The notes beneath the pieces were generated by a model. The model was not told the DNA's origin and searched no databases. It saw only the letters and a program-made list of their open reading frames with translations. Below, in pieces: positions 35,126-49,192 of a DNA stretch of 64,000 nucleotides (positions are counted from its first letter, which is position 1; each line of letters begins with the position of its first letter). The stretch is from assembly GCF_030144855.1 (NCBI RefSeq), contig NC_082707.1, positions 166,904,001 to 166,968,000 of the forward strand, in the 5' to 3' direction. The position numbers and the translations under genes are program-made. This stretch comes from Hypanus sabinus. Lineage: Eukaryota.

Positions 35126-36494
35126 TTTTTATTCTTTTCTCTTTCATCAGCAACTTCTGTAGCTTTTTGATGAAATCGTATCAAAGTTCTACATGCGCAG
35201 AACCCACTCAAGCGATCCTCAGCCAAGTTCCGATGCAAAGTAATATTAACTCTCATATTTCTCCACCTCATCTGCTCAGCATTTCTAGCTTTTGCTGTTT
35301 ATTTTTTCCCTTACTGCTCATCAGGATAATGTGCAAATGGGGACTTGGCATTTCAGATAGCCAATATTTTCGGAGAACAAGCTCTTTTGAAAGACTCAAA
35401 CATTTTACAAGTTTGTAGCTCACTGTCATCCTCAAGAAATCACCAACTACTGTTACAGTGCAACAGGTTCCATTTTCCCCAAACCCATCTGAGTGAAATC
35501 CTCAATTTAGTGGCCAATTGGTTTTGAGTTGGGTACATGTAAGGGTATCCAATCTCATTTTGAACAGGAGCATTATGACCAGCAAAGAGCAGACATTTAG
35601 AGAATGCATATTCATTTTTTTTGATGTGGGTACTGCTCAGTCCAACTTTCATTGAGCTTATGGTGGTGAGCTTCTGCAGTCCCCCGTTGTTGAGTAGAAA
35701 GGTCCAGGAGTAAAACAACAGCAATGAAGGAATAGGCAGAATAGTGAACAACTTGGAGGGAAACCTAGAGGTGCTGGTGTTTCCCTGTACTTCCTGCTCT
35801 CATCCTTCCTGGTGGTGAAATTTGGGAATCAATGCCGAAGTAGTCTAGAAAAGTAACTGCACTGCATTTTTGTCCCCCATAGCACTATCTAGCTCTGCAT
35901 ATTGAAACTCTCAATTGACCCTCTTATGGTCTCATACTCAATCCAGTTTTGAAAATTGCCATCAATTTCATTGAATTTTATTATATACCACATTCATTCT
36001 CATACATAAATAATGTGGAAGATACATATACTACAAGTGACTTATGTGGCTTCTTGAATAGAATTCTGCTTTTGAATAGCAATGTGTCACTCAAAACTTT
36101 GCTGCCTATGCAATAACTAGCACAGTGTCCTAAACTCTCAAAATGCTCTGTTTCCCCATCATTTTCTTCCATTTTCAAAGCCTGACTGTCTTTTGCCTAT
36201 CCTGAACATCACTACCACTTCCAGCCTAAGAGTTATGGGATGTTTTGCTAACTCTGGCTTTAAGAATCGCCAATTTTTGTTACTTCAAAACCAATAATTG
36301 AAGCTTAAAGGTCAAGGAGTTCAATTATAAACTTTACTGCTCTCCACCATTGTAAACTTTTAAGATGCTGCTTAAAACCTCTCTACTTGCTCTAATATTT
36401 CAAACAGCAGAGGAGCAGGCCATTCGGCCTACAATGTCATGCTGAACTAATTTAAAATTAGTAATCAAATGCCCAATTAAACTATTCCCTTCTG

Positions 36495-37100
36495 CTGATT
36501 GAGCGATCTGGTGCTTTGCTGCCTCCGAGGGAGTTCAGTGAGGTTAGGAGAGGAGTGAATGGCTTGCAGATGGGGTGCAAGCCTGTAATCAACTCCATTT
36601 CTTGCCAATTAAGGTGTTGAGCAAGACTGAAATCAACAAGGACGTGAGCAGAAGATGAGTGGCTGTTCAGCACCGCCTGCCTGGTTTCTCTCTCCCTCTC
36701 ACTCACTGCTGCCAGAGGAAGGTGCTGGAGTATTAGGTCTTGGGCAAAGTTTGATCAGCATTGTCTGCAGATTGGACACTGCAGTTCACGTTATGTGTTT
36801 CTGATTATTCCTTTTTTTAATTGCAGTTTTGTATTATTTTGATCAGATTGGACTGGCTCTGTAGCCTGCTGTCAATGAATGACACAGTGCTAAATGAACT
36901 GTCTCAATGACTCTGTGGCTTCATGTTTTATACTTTGTGTTTTTCACTCATTTTTTGCCATTTGCATGAACTGCTTGTTTTTTGTGTGTTGGGTGTTTGA
37001 GGTTTTCTTTGAACAGATTCCAGAGTGTTTCTTTGTTTCGTGGCTGTCTGTGGGAAGATGAATCTCAGGTTATATACTGCATACGTACTTTGAAATCTTT
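36495..37100 (+). repeat. Unclassified non-autonomous repeat, copy 2
   Basis: Colinear with 50380-51035 from ttgagcgatc to the tacttgaa-type tail. Confidence 0.8.
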
Positions 37101-37114
37101 GTAGCCACTTTCAT

Positions 37115-40100
37115 GGAACCATGGACTTGGACCCCAGATCCCAGTTAAGGGTCAGATCATTAACAGTGCATTGTCTCTTTACAGTTAATCTCCCTAAGTG
37201 CAACACTTGGCATTTGGCTGGGTTAAATGCCATCTGCCAGTTCTTTGCCCAAATCTGCAACTGGTCTATATCCACTGTACCTTTTGACGGTGTTTTATGC
37301 TATTTATAAAACCACCAATCTGTATTGTCTACAAACTTAGCAACCCACTAATCTACATTTCACATCTCACAAGATGCATTGTCAAACACCTTACTAAAAT
37401 CCTGTAGACAACATCTACAGTCCTATCCTCATGCATGACGTTTATTACTTCCTTGATAAATACAATCAAGATACGATTTTCCCCGCACAAAGCCATGTTG
37501 ACTATCCCTAAATAGACCATGGCTTTCCAAATGGTCATAAATCCTACCCCTAAGAATGTGTCAGGTAACTTCCTTACCACTCACTGGATTATAGTTTCCA
37601 GGATTATCCTCATTTCCCTTCTTCAATACTGGAATTACATTAGCTACTCATCAGTCCTCTGGAACCTCATCTGCAGCTGGAAAAACATGAAGATATGGCC
37701 AAGGTCCAGCAGTCTCATTTTTTGACTCTCTAAATAACCAAGAGTATATGTTTCAGGCCTTGGGGACTTAACCATCTCAAAATTCCCTGGCAAATTGGCA
37801 TGCTCCACACTGATATTATTGTCCTCCATATACTTCTCCATTGTAAATACTGGTGCAAAGTACCCATTTAGGACTTTGCCCACTTAGAGAAAAAAACATT
37901 GAAACATAGAAAATCTACAGCCCTTTGGTTCACGATGTTGTGCCGACAATGTAACCTACTCTAGAAACTGCCTAGAATGTCCCTACTACATAGCCCTCTA
38001 TTTTTCTAAGCTCCATGTACATATCCAAGAGGCTCTTAAAAACCCGTTGTATCTGCCTGTACCGCTGTCGCTGACAACGCATGGACAAAACTTACCTCTG
38101 ACATCCACCTTGTACCTACTTCCAAGCACCTTAAAACTATGCCCCCTCATGTTAGCTGTTTCAGTCTTGGGGAAAAAGCTCTGGCTATCCATACAATCAA
38201 TATTTCTCATCTTATACACCTCTGTCAGAACACCTCTCATTCCCCATCACTCTGGGGAGAAAAGGACAAGTTCATTCAACCTATTCTCATAAGGCATGCT
38301 CTCCAATCCAGGCAACATCCTTGTAAATCTCCTCTGCACTCCCTCTATAGTATCCACATCTTTCCTGTAATGAGGTGACCAGAACTGAACAGAATACTCC
38401 ACATAGGGTCCAAGGTCTTATATAGCTGTTACATTACCTCATGGCTCATTTATATTTAAAAAAAATCACAAACAGGAGGGGTCCCAGAACAGATCCTTGT
38501 GGAACACCACCGGTCACCATCCTCCATGCAAAATACCAACCATCCACAACCACCCGTGGTCGCCAATTCTGAATCTACAAAGCAGTCTCCTTGGATCCCA
38601 TGCCTCCTTACTTTCTGAATGAGCCTTGCATGGGGAACCTTATCAAATGCCTTACTGAAATCTATGTACACCTACATCCACTGCTCTACCTTCATCAATG
38701 TGTTTGATTACATCTTCAAAGAATTCAATCTGGTTTGTAAGGCATGACCAGCCCTCGACAAAGCCATGCTGACTATCCCTAATCAGATTATGTCTCTCCA
38801 AATGCTCATAAATCCTGCCTCTCAGGATCTTCTCCAACAACTTGCCCTCCACTTAAGTAAAACTTACTTCCTTGGCCTTCAAGCATATGTTTCCTTCTTT
38901 ATCCTCAAGTGATCCTAACCACCACCTATTTAACCTCTTGCTCTTGGTGCATGTATAGAATGCCTTGGAATTCTCTTTAAACCAATTTGCCAAGAACTTC
39001 TCATGCACCGTATTGGCTTTTCTAATACCATTCCTGAGTTCTTTACTGGTTTCATTATAACTCTTGAAGGCTACTTTTGATTTTAGCTTTCTCAACCTTA
39101 CATATGCACTATCTTCCTTCTTAACTAAATTTACCACCTCCCTCATGCTCCAAGGTTCCCTTACCTTGGCATCCTTGTTGCACCTTCTTACTGGAACATC
39201 TCTATCCTGGGGCCTGTGCAGTTGGTCTTGAAATACCCTCTGATATTTCAGATGTTTCCAGAAACAGCTGTAACTAATAAACTTCTCGTTACTGCCCAAT
39301 ACTCTTCTAATATGCTCTGCTCCAATTTAATACTCTCTTGCAAAGTTCATACTTATCCTTATTGATAGCTATCTTAAAATTTAGTTCCTCAACTATTTTC
39401 CCACTCAAAGGTAAGTTAGCAGGCCAGTCTCAATACCCAACACCCGGTCCAGCCAGTAGGGCCCTCCCCTTGCTGGACTATCTGCATAATAATTTACAGA
39501 ATCCTACTGGATGCACCTCACAAATTCTGTCCCATCTAAACCTCTTGCACTAGGTCTGACTCCATATTAGAGAAGTTGAAGCCACCCATAACAGCTTTGC
39601 CTGGTCCTCAATGCCCCAGTGGCTATTGAGGGATCTATTGTATGCATAATCCCATCAGAATGATTTCACCTTTTCTGTTTTTGAGTTCTACCCATATGGG
39701 CTCAGTGGATGAGCCTCCATTATATCTCCTCTGAGTGGAGCTATGATAATTGCTTGATTAATAGCACAACTTCCCCCTGCACCCCATACCCAACTCCCTT
39801 CGTTTACATCCTTCTCTATCTTTCTTAAAACATCGAAACCCTGGGACACCAAGCACCCACTCCTGTCCTTCGCTCAACCAAGTCTCTGTTATGGTCACAG
39901 AATCATAGTTCCATATACTGATCTACACTGAATTTATCATCCTTTACCATAATGATCCTGGATCAAAAGGTCCATCCTATCTGGTCTATTTCTTTGCTTC
40001 TGCCTATTCTGACTGGTAATGACACTTACCTTTCTCTCAATCCATCCACTCTCTGACCTGGTGCTCTGGTTCCCATCCCCAATCAAAATAGTCCAAACAT

Positions 40101-40520
40101 TCTCAAGTAGCACTAGTGAACCTTCTGGCCAGGAGTTGTGTTTTCCTCCAGTTAAAGTGCAAACCATCCCTCTTGTACAGGTCACTCCTCCCCAGAAGAG
40201 GTTTCAATGGTCCAAGAACCTGAAACACTGCCTACTGCACCATCCTCAGCCACTCTTTGATCTGTTCTATCTTTCTATTCTGGTCCTGACTTGCACATGA
40301 CACTGGGGGTAATCCAAGATTATTGACTAAAAGGTCCGATTTTTCAGCCTCCTTTGTAACTCACTGTGCAGAGCTCCTGAATTGGCACTACTGGGCACCA
40401 TGACCTCTGGCGGCCCACCCTTTCCCTTGAGAATATCTGCACCAGCTTTCAGATACCCTTTACCCTAGAGCATGGGAGGCAACACATTAACCTGGCAGCT
40501 CTTTCACAGCCACAGAATCC
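37115..40520 (-). mobile_element. Stack of CR1-type LINE fragments (RT, APE and ORF1 esterase remnants)
   Basis: DSQHGFVEGWSCLTNQIEFFEDV, DFSKAFDKVPHARL and DLYKRDGLH. Internal 3' tail gaaacatagaaa near 37900 marks a nested copy at about 37890-38850. Confidence 0.85.
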
Positions 40521-40529
40521 TGGCTTTTT

Positions 40530-41040
40530 TGATTTAAAAAAAATATTTATTTACGGGATGCGGGCACGCCATCTAAGCCAGCGTTTATTGCCCATCCCTA
40601 GTTGCCCTTCAGAAGGTGGTGATGAGCTGCCTTCTTGAAACGCTGCAGCCCGAGGTGTAGGTATGCCCACAGGTGCCGTTAGGGAGGGAATTCCCTGATT
40701 TTGACCCAGCGACAGTGAAGGAATGGCGATGTGTTTCCAAGTCAGGATGGTGAGAGACTTGGAGGGGGACTTTCCAAGTGGCGGTGTTCCAGGTGTCTGC
40801 TGTTCTCGTCCTTCTTGATGGTGGTGGTCGTGGGTCTGGAAGTTGCTGCCTTACTTTGGTGTGTTGTTGCAGTGCATGTTGTAGATAGTACACACTGCTG
40901 CAACTGTTCATTGACAGTGGAGGGATTGGATGCTTGTGGAAGGAGTACCAATCAAGTGGGCTGCCTTGTTATGGATGGTGTCAAGCTTCTTGAGTGTTGA
41001 TGGAGCTGCACTCATCCAGGTGAATGGCAAGTATTCCATT
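40530..41040 (-). mobile_element. Non-LTR retrotransposon 3' end, distinct family
   Basis: Minus-strand EYLPFTWMSAAPSTLKKLDTIHNKAAHLIG, SFTVAGSKSGNSLP, and tail gggatgggcaataaa. Older relatives near 35500-35870 and 56020-56760. Confidence 0.75.
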
Positions 41041-41540
41041 AGTGGCCATCTGTCTCACTAACTCCATAGACTCCTATCACTCTTGCTCTGCTTGACTTTA
41101 CCCATCCCTGCTGAGCCTCAGAGCTGGCCACAACACCTGTCCAACCATCTTTTAAAACCTGTTACTTCACCTGCCTCAACCACTTCCTCTGACAGGTGAT
41201 TCCACCTTGATACCACCCTTTGTCTCAAAAAAGTTGACCCTCAAATTCTTATTAAATCTTTCCCCTCTCCTTAAACTTGTATCTAATTCTTGATTCCCCT
41301 ACTTTTGGAAGAAGACTGTGTGTTCTCCCTATCTGTCCCCCTCATGACTTCACACACCTCTATGCGATCACCTCTCAGTCTCCTACACTTTAAGGAATGA
41401 AGATTCTAAGCAATTCAATCTCTTCTTATAATTCAGTCCCTCAAGTTCAGGCAGCAACCTTCTAATCTTTTTTATATGCTTTCCAGTTGAATCACATCCT
41501 TTCTACAGTAGGGAGGCCAACACTGAACACAATTCTCAAG
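41040..41540 (-). mobile_element. Old CR1 3' fragment
   Basis: RRLRGDRIEVCEVMRGTDR-like remnant on the minus strand. Confidence 0.65.
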
Positions 41541-41547
41541 CAACTTC

Positions 41548-42020
41548 ACAGGTCAGGCAGCATCAATGAAAAAGAGTAAACAGTCAACGTTTTGGGCCGA
41601 GACCCTTTATCAGGACTGGAACAAAAGGTGAGAAGTTAGGTCAAGCAGGTGGGGGAGAGGGTGGAAGGGAGGAAGTAGTACAAGGTGATAATGGGTGAAA
41701 CCTCGAGCAGAGGGTGGGGTGAAGTAAAAGAGATTAAGGGCTGGAGAAGGGGAGAGTCTGAAAGGAGAGGCTAGAAGACCATAGAAGAAAGGGAAGTGTT
41801 GGAGCACCAGATGGAGGTGATGGGTAGGTAAGGAGATGAGGTGTGAGAGGGAAATGGGAATGGGAATGGTGAAAGGAGGGGGCAATTACTGGAAGTTCGA
41901 GAAATCGCTGTTCATGCCAGCAGGTTGGAATCTACCCAGATGGAATACGAGGCGTTGTATTCAACCTGAGTGTGACGTCATCACAGCAGTAGGGCAGACC
42001 ATGATGGACAGACATGTCGG
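41548..42020 (-). mobile_element. Penelope-like 3' fragment with decayed hammerhead motif
   Basis: Same family as 2363-2948. Minus strand reads CAGTCCTGATAAAGGGTCTCGGCCCAAAACGTTGACTG (41618-41581). Confidence 0.8.
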
Positions 42021-45000
42021 GAGGATGTTAACAATACTTTGCAAAAATCTTCACAGAAGGGAAAAAAAAAATCCAGGAATTAAAAACAGCTCAGCTAGAA
42101 TGAGGAACAAAAATAGCCTGCATAAGAGCTGGAGATCACGGGGCAGTAGTTGACAAAACGCTGGGGCCTGTACTGTAAGCTTAGAAGAGATGTTGCAGAG
42201 ATAGCAGATCCCTAAGCATTTCCTTGATTTTAACAGCAAGCATAACCATGTGATTTTACAGAAGAAAAATTGGGGGATGTTGTGAAGTGCTTAAAAATTC
42301 ATAATATAACTAGCATAACTGAGGTAGAAAAAAGGGAGGTGTTTCGACCACTCTGTTAGAAGATTAATTAGCATGGTAGATAAGAATAATGCAATTGAGG
42401 TTATGCATTAATATTTTTTAAAACAATTATCTAAGAAGTAATTACAGCAAATGAGAGTTCATGGGATTATGAATGATACAAGCATGAAGAAAAAATAAGA
42501 ATAGTTGAGTTATTTGTAAGGCTGTAACTGATTAAGTGCACCAGTATTCTGTGCTTGGGCCTTAGTTATTTCCAGTCTAATTCAATTTCAATCCAGCTGT
42601 TCAGAATTTCATACTCAAATGTTTATCAAACCGAGCAAAAATTTGTAATTCAGATCCATTAAGGAATTTGCTGATAGAGAAATTGAGGATATCTGAATGA
42701 CTGACTCCTACACTTGTGTCTGATGTTCTTAAATGGCAAACGAAGTCTGACTCCCTATTAGTCTGCAGGCTGATAAAGTTGTCCAGACCATAATTCTCCA
42801 AAGCCTCTTCCGAGCTGGATGGGTCATGCTCCTCTGGTTCTACTCTTATTTATCTGGATGAAGCCAGATGGCCTTGCCACTTGACCACACTCATCTGGCC
42901 CATTGCAAAGGGCTCTCCCCACTGGCCATTCAGCACCTTCAAGTGGTGCGGTCTCAACAGGGAATGGGCTTCTCACAGTATTTCCCTAGCATGGTCTGAT
43001 AAAGAGATGTATCAATGCTGAAAAGGAATTTAACAATTTATAAATGTCAAAAGATATTTAAAAATATATAAAATCATAAACTTAAATAGGAAGTAAAGCA
43101 TTCATAAAACATAAAAATCCTTGGAAAAAAGTTACCTCCTTCCTTGGCATGTTACTACTGGTCTAGAATCACAGCAAACTCAGATTCTCTAACCCTAACC
43201 CACTGGAAAAGAGATTCAACCATGTCAAGACTATCGGATTCCACATGGAACAGAGCAACCCCATCTACTAACAAGTAGGTTCTGGACAGTAGGCTGCACA
43301 TGCAGAAAAGTCCCAAGATTTGGTGACATTTCTGATTTGAAATGCCAGTTTCAGCCCAGAAAGATTGAACTCATTGTCTTGGTTCTCCATAAAATCCATT
43401 CTGTATTTACCTCACTGAGGGAAAGTGTTAGTGTAGTTTTGGTAGGCTCTGGATCAAGGATCCTTTTGGTCTCCTGCTGTTGCTTGCATTGTAGGGGGTG
43501 GCTTGGTGCTTCTGTTGGCAAGATGCTTCTGCTGCTGCTTGCGCGAGGGGAGGGGAGGAAGCTTCAGAGCATTCTACAGGGTTCTTGTTCCGTAGGTGTC
43601 CGTGAAGAGTATGAATTTCAGGTTGTATACGTTGACATTAAATAAACCTTTGAAGCCGCCCCATCCAGTCTCTTAGCATGATATCACAAAATAAGCATTC
43701 AACTACAGTTTTTAAAAATTCATTTTCAGGTAGTGGGCCCACTATTTACACCTTCACCAAGGCCACCCACCACCTTCATTATTTGTGATGTTAGTTATGG
43801 CTCTGCTAGAAGCACTTTAGCCTCTGAATCAAAGGGTTTCAAAACTCCAAGCATTTGAGCATAAAATCCCCTGGCAGAGAACAGGATTGTTAAACTGCCT
43901 GAGGTGATACTTGTCAAATTAGTCAAGTCAAAATCCCTGCATGAGTAAGGAAAACAATGAGTTGTTTTCACTGTTGAGGTAAAATATGATTTGAGTTTAT
44001 GGAAAGGTATCACCCCAAAGTGATTCCAATACAGCTCCCTGATCCTGCTCTGCCATTCGATATCATGGCTGATCTTGCATCTCAAGTCCATTCATCTCTG
44101 ATACCCCATCACGTCCAAAAACCCTTTAGTCTCGGCCTTAAATGGCTGAGATTCTACAGTTCTCTGAGGTGGAGAATTTCAGAGTTACAACCCTCTGCAC
44201 CTTCTTTGGCATTTCATAAGTGTCTAAGACAAGCATACAAATCACCTTGGCATTGGCCAAGTGTCAGAAAACGGGATTAATAGGGAGGGTCCACTGGTCA
44301 GAATGGACATGATGGACAGAATGGCTCGTACCCCCTGCTCTATGACTGTGCAAGAGAATATCAGCTGATCTATTATCCAGAGGTTACATCCCAACTTCTA
44401 AACAGCCTCTTCCCATTAATAGCCTCTTACCTCACAGAACTTGAAAGGAATGAGATCAGCTCTTTCTATATTTCAGTGCATGTAGTTCAGTATTAACCAA
44501 ATCCTCCCTGAAAGTGTGAACACCCTCTTCTCTAGCAATAACTTGGTGACTCCATAGCCAACTGACTCCAAGGATAGTCTCCTCATCTTAAATCATTGAC
44601 AACTAAAAGTGCACACAGTTCTCAAAAAGAATTCAATAAAATTTGCACAGTATCAGCAATATCTTACTTTTGTACTGTAATACCCTCTTAATAGAAGTCA
44701 ACTTTTCACTTGCCTCCATCATTTACTCAGTTTATTTACTGTATATTGTGTGAACCCAACACACCAGCATTCTGATTAATGTTTCACCACCAAGTAAGTG
44801 ATGCATCACTGTTTCACTTACCAAAGCAAATACTCTCGCATTTTCCCAGTCATCTTTCTACTAGCTTTGAATCCAGCTGTAAACCTGCCTACATCGCCTT
44901 GTAGTTTCCAGTTGTTGTCTGCTCAGCTCATTTTTCCTGTCACGTCCGCAAACCTAGATATATTACACTCTCTCCTTTCATCTAAAATTATTAATTTCAA

Positions 45001-45221
45001 ACACCTCAGCAAGCATTACCAGCCCCTACCAAACTCTACTAGTAACAGTCTTACAAATTTATTTTCATTTTCTGTTGATTATTAAATCCTCTACAGTGTG
45101 TCCACCTTCCTAACCTCTGGGCCCACTATTTTATGTGCCAACCCTAACCACATAGCTCAAGACATTCCTTACATGGCCATTTGGTTCCTTACATGGTCAT
45201 TTGCCCAACACTTGGTTCATG

Positions 45222-45657
45222 AACACCAGAGAGGCTGGAAATCAAAAGCAACACACGCAAAATGCGACAGAACCATGGAGGGTCATAAGCAGTCACCGTT
45301 TTCCGACCGAGACTCTCATCAGGACTAGGAAGGAAGGGTAAACAGCTGAGGGTGGAGGGGAAGCAGTACAGCTGGCAGGTGATAGGTGAGTCCAGGTGAG
45401 GAGGAAGGTGGGTGGGTAGGGGAGCTGGGAGGTGACAGGTGAAAGACGTAAAGGGCTGAAGAAGAAGGAATCTGATTGGAGAGGATAGTGTCCTATGGGA
45501 AAAAGGGAAGGAGGAAGGTGATGGCAGGTGAGCAGAACAGAGGGGGTAAGAGGCGAACCAGAATAGGGAATGGGAAAAGAGGTGGGGGGTGGGAGGGGTA
45601 AGACAGAAATTACCAGAAATTAGAGAAATCAGTGTTCATGCCATCAGGTTGGAGATT
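45222..45657 (-). mobile_element. Penelope-like 3' fragment with decayed hammerhead motif
   Basis: LQPDGMNT end, pyrimidine tract, then AGTCCTGATGAGAGTCTCGGTCGGAAAACGGTGACTG on the minus strand (about 45326-45290). Confidence 0.75.
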
Positions 45658-45803
45658 CATGTATGGCTGATTGTCAAATCTTGTTTGCTAACACTCTTGT
45701 GAAATATTGAGATATTTCATTATGTTGAAAGGTGCTACATAATGCAATGTTTTCAAAATATTATCAAATGGAATGGAAATGTACTTCTGAGGTAATGACT
45801 GTA

Positions 45804-45809
45804 TTTATT
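45804..45809 (-). terminator. Candidate TRAF3 polyadenylation signal
   Basis: AATAAA on the minus strand at the distal end of a repeat-poor AT-rich stretch that follows the TRAF3 stop. A second AATAAA lies at 47434-47429. Confidence 0.4.
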
Positions 45810-45986
45810 GAAATGGCATTTTTCCAGAATGGAACAAACATCCTGTGGATTGTCAAACAGATTATCTCATTGTCACTGATGACAAAAACATCACAGAAAA
45901 CAAGGCTTCAACAAAGATACTGTAAATAGCTCTTACAAAAAAAAGGTAACTTCACTGGCGATTTGCCACTGTGAATACTTTAAAAA

Positions 45987-46036
45987 ACACGCACACGCGC
46001 AGAGGCACACACACACATACACGTGCACTTATACAC
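45987..46036. repeat. Imperfect (CA)n microsatellite
   Basis: acacgcacacgcgcagaggcacacacacacatacacgtgcacttatacac. Confidence 0.7.
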
Positions 46037-48139
46037 TCAGCCATCTAGACTTGCCAGTCATTAAATAATATAATTTTCACAAAGTGAAAACACAAATTGA
46101 GGTTACATTAGTTATAAGGTAAACATTTCAATAACAATTTCTAATAATTTAAATCTAACCATTGAACAGGATGTTGGCTTGAAGTGATTGTGTTTTATAG
46201 AATTCTTGTATAAAATACAGTATTCAGGAGAACAATCCAGTGATAGTTCTTTCACCGTTTCACTATCCACCTCTACGCTGGTTCACTTGGCTTAGACTCC
46301 CCTGTGCCAGCATCCATTTGTAGCTTCTCATACTTTCAACAATTAATCCGTTTACTCACTTTGCTTTCTTTCCCCCCGTTTAGCAGCAGATTCGTAACTA
46401 AGGTTTACATCATCTACCAATTAGCCACCTGGATAAGGGAGGCAGCTTTAGAAGGTATATGTGGAAAAGTTGTTTACTTATTAATCCTTGGAAAATGATG
46501 GTAACAAGTTGACACTTAATAAAACAATTCTTTCACAACAAAAATAACATTAGAGCACTACCAAAAATCTATCACTTCTTTCCCTGTAACTTCTGAACAT
46601 AAGCAAATCCTCTTTTACAAACCAGTGATAATGTCTCAGCTCAGTTGTAAATTTGCATTGAGAAATGCAGTCATTTGTAATTGTGGGTATCAAATGTATT
46701 TAAATATTTACCCGAACAAGGCCAATCAATGCAATCAGGTCAGAAGAAATCCAATTATCAATTTTTGAACTGGAATGATAACCTGTAGTTTTTATAGCCA
46801 CCCCTCATTTTGAGAATCATCCCAATAATTAAAATCATCTCAAGCTTCTTTTAACTATCTATAAGCTATACTTTAAACAAACCTGACCAAAATACAATCA
46901 TTAAACAGTTCCTATTCACAAAACACCACTACCAACCATAAGATCGGAAGAAATATAGAAATAAACGTTGATGCTCACTTGACAAACTGCCGAATTTTCG
47001 GCATAGCATTGAATGAGACAAATCCTTCTGCTTCGGCCATTTCCCACCGTTTATCAATTTGTGCTGAAACCTACTGAGGATAATAAAGGACTTTATAAAA
47101 GTTTTTTCCTTCAGTAAAGATAATAACTCTTAATAATTAACATAATATACTTGTTGTACCCAGTTTGCTTAATGTTTATGAAGCACTGGCCAGTGCAATT
47201 CAGCAGGCTAATTCATAGGGAAAGCCATCATTGCAAAGAGTGTGCATATTCCTGCTTTCCACTGGATCCATCTCGGAACCTTTCAAATTACCACAACCAA
47301 TTGCTGTGCAGTTCTGTTTCGGTAATATGGCACTGACCAAGGATCGATCTGAGAACCTTCCTGGTTTGACAGCATTGTACGGTAACAGTGAATGGTTACT
47401 CATCTAGACCTCAGGGGAATTTGTCACATTTATTGAAACTTGGTCTGAACATGCTGTGCCATTAAATACTAGTGGGTCAGAGATGAATGCAAGTCCAGTT
47501 TTAGTTATACATTTGAAAACAATCGAAGTTGAATATGCAACTTCATAATCAGCTGATTTTACTTTAATACAAAATATACAGGAGCTCTGCATTATTGAAT
47601 ATTTCTATTTTCTGATGAAAATGGACCTTATTGTTTCAGTCTTCTTTCATTTGCTACCAACACAACTCCTTCAGGAAGGAGTACCCTGGTCACATACATC
47701 CCCAGCAAGAGCATTTTTCTAGGGGGGAAAATAAAGATTGCCCAAGTAAAGGAAGTAACCTCATGTTTGGATTTCTTCATGGAGATCTTTCAGCAGTTTG
47801 GACACGGGAGAGGCCATGAATAATTTATCAAAGAGGGAAAGAAAACTTATAGTTTCTCAAACTGATGTCAAACCAAGTGAGAAATTAGATCACTGCATTT
47901 CTGCTGCGGCTGAGCTGGTGGGAGGTGTTTAGCATTAATCAGCAGTTATGTTCCATTTCATAGAGTTGAGTGCAAAACCCTAGGCTGGCACCTCAGGCAA
48001 TGCCCAGAGCCTCTGTTGTCTCTCTCTCTCTCACATGTGGGCATACAAAAATCCTTCCACACTTTTTCCAGAAGAGCATGGCATTCTGGCCTTTCCCTCA
48101 ATTAATTATTACACATAAATTAATTATCTGATTATTAAT

Positions 48140-48210
48140 CGCTCTTTTGTTTGTGGCAACTTCCTGGGCAAGTTAGCTGCCCCATTTTCTACATTGCAAC
48201 AGTGACTTTA
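48140..48210 (+). mobile_element. Ancient DeuSINE-like remnant within the putative TRAF3 3' UTR
   Basis: tgtttgtggc...agttagctgccccattttctacattgcaacagtgact resembles the recalled Deu-domain core. Similar remnants near 1850-1950 and 33990-34160. Confidence 0.45.
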
Positions 48211-49192
48211 GGTCAAATGTATTCCATGAACTCTAAAAATCTTTAAGTTGCAAAAACCATGCTTTAAATGCAAATCTTTTTCACTCAACTTCCAGTTACT
48301 TTTACCCAAGAAAACTCCGACTAATGAGAATAAAAAAAACACTGGATAACCCATTTTAAGTATTATATTAAAAATGATGTCATCATAATAGAAAATAAAT
48401 ACTTTTACTTCTTCCATTTAATTTGAAGTCTTTCTTGAAAAAATCCTGTAGGAGTAATTTTGTGAAACAAGAGGAACCTGCTTGACTCAATCACCTCTTG
48501 CAAACTTCCCTCCTGTCAGCACATCCTCCAAAGTCACATTGGCCATGCTGGATCAGCAACTGGGGGGGGTTTCACTGATAGTGACCTAGAGTCAATCCTG
48601 TTGCAACTTCCGAGATTCCCTTCATCACAACTCATCTGAGTTCATATGAAGCAAGAAAAATAAAAGAATGTGGAGCATGTTTTGGCCACAGCATTGAAAC
48701 TCAGATTGTAATGCTAACAATGAAAATAATTTTGACCAATCTTTTGGTCATGTACCCTAATATGTAACTCAGAGTCAAATGCAGCTTGATAAACATTCTC
48801 AAGAAACACCTTGGGAGGTTTTAATATGTTAAAGGTGCTAATATAAATACAAGTTGTTATTACAAAGTCTTGCATTTCCCATCATGAATCGGATAGACAA
48901 TGCTTTCAGACAATACTTCAGCAAATCATGTACTCTACAGCACTCCTGAAGTACCTCACAGACTGAACAATCGCCACTAACTACCAGAAAGTTATCAGCG
49001 TTGCTCCCACAGAACCTCCTTCCTCGTGAGAGGTAAAGGTCATTGGCCTTCAGAAGGTCAGGTGATCCGTTCTAGCATTTGGCGACCAACTGTGAGGAAT
49101 GTCCTGCTGTTGAGAAACCAACAAAGCTGTATTTCACCAGTGTGGACCCGGTTTTGAAAACTCTTCCTCCTGTGGCTGCTGCATTGTTGGGG

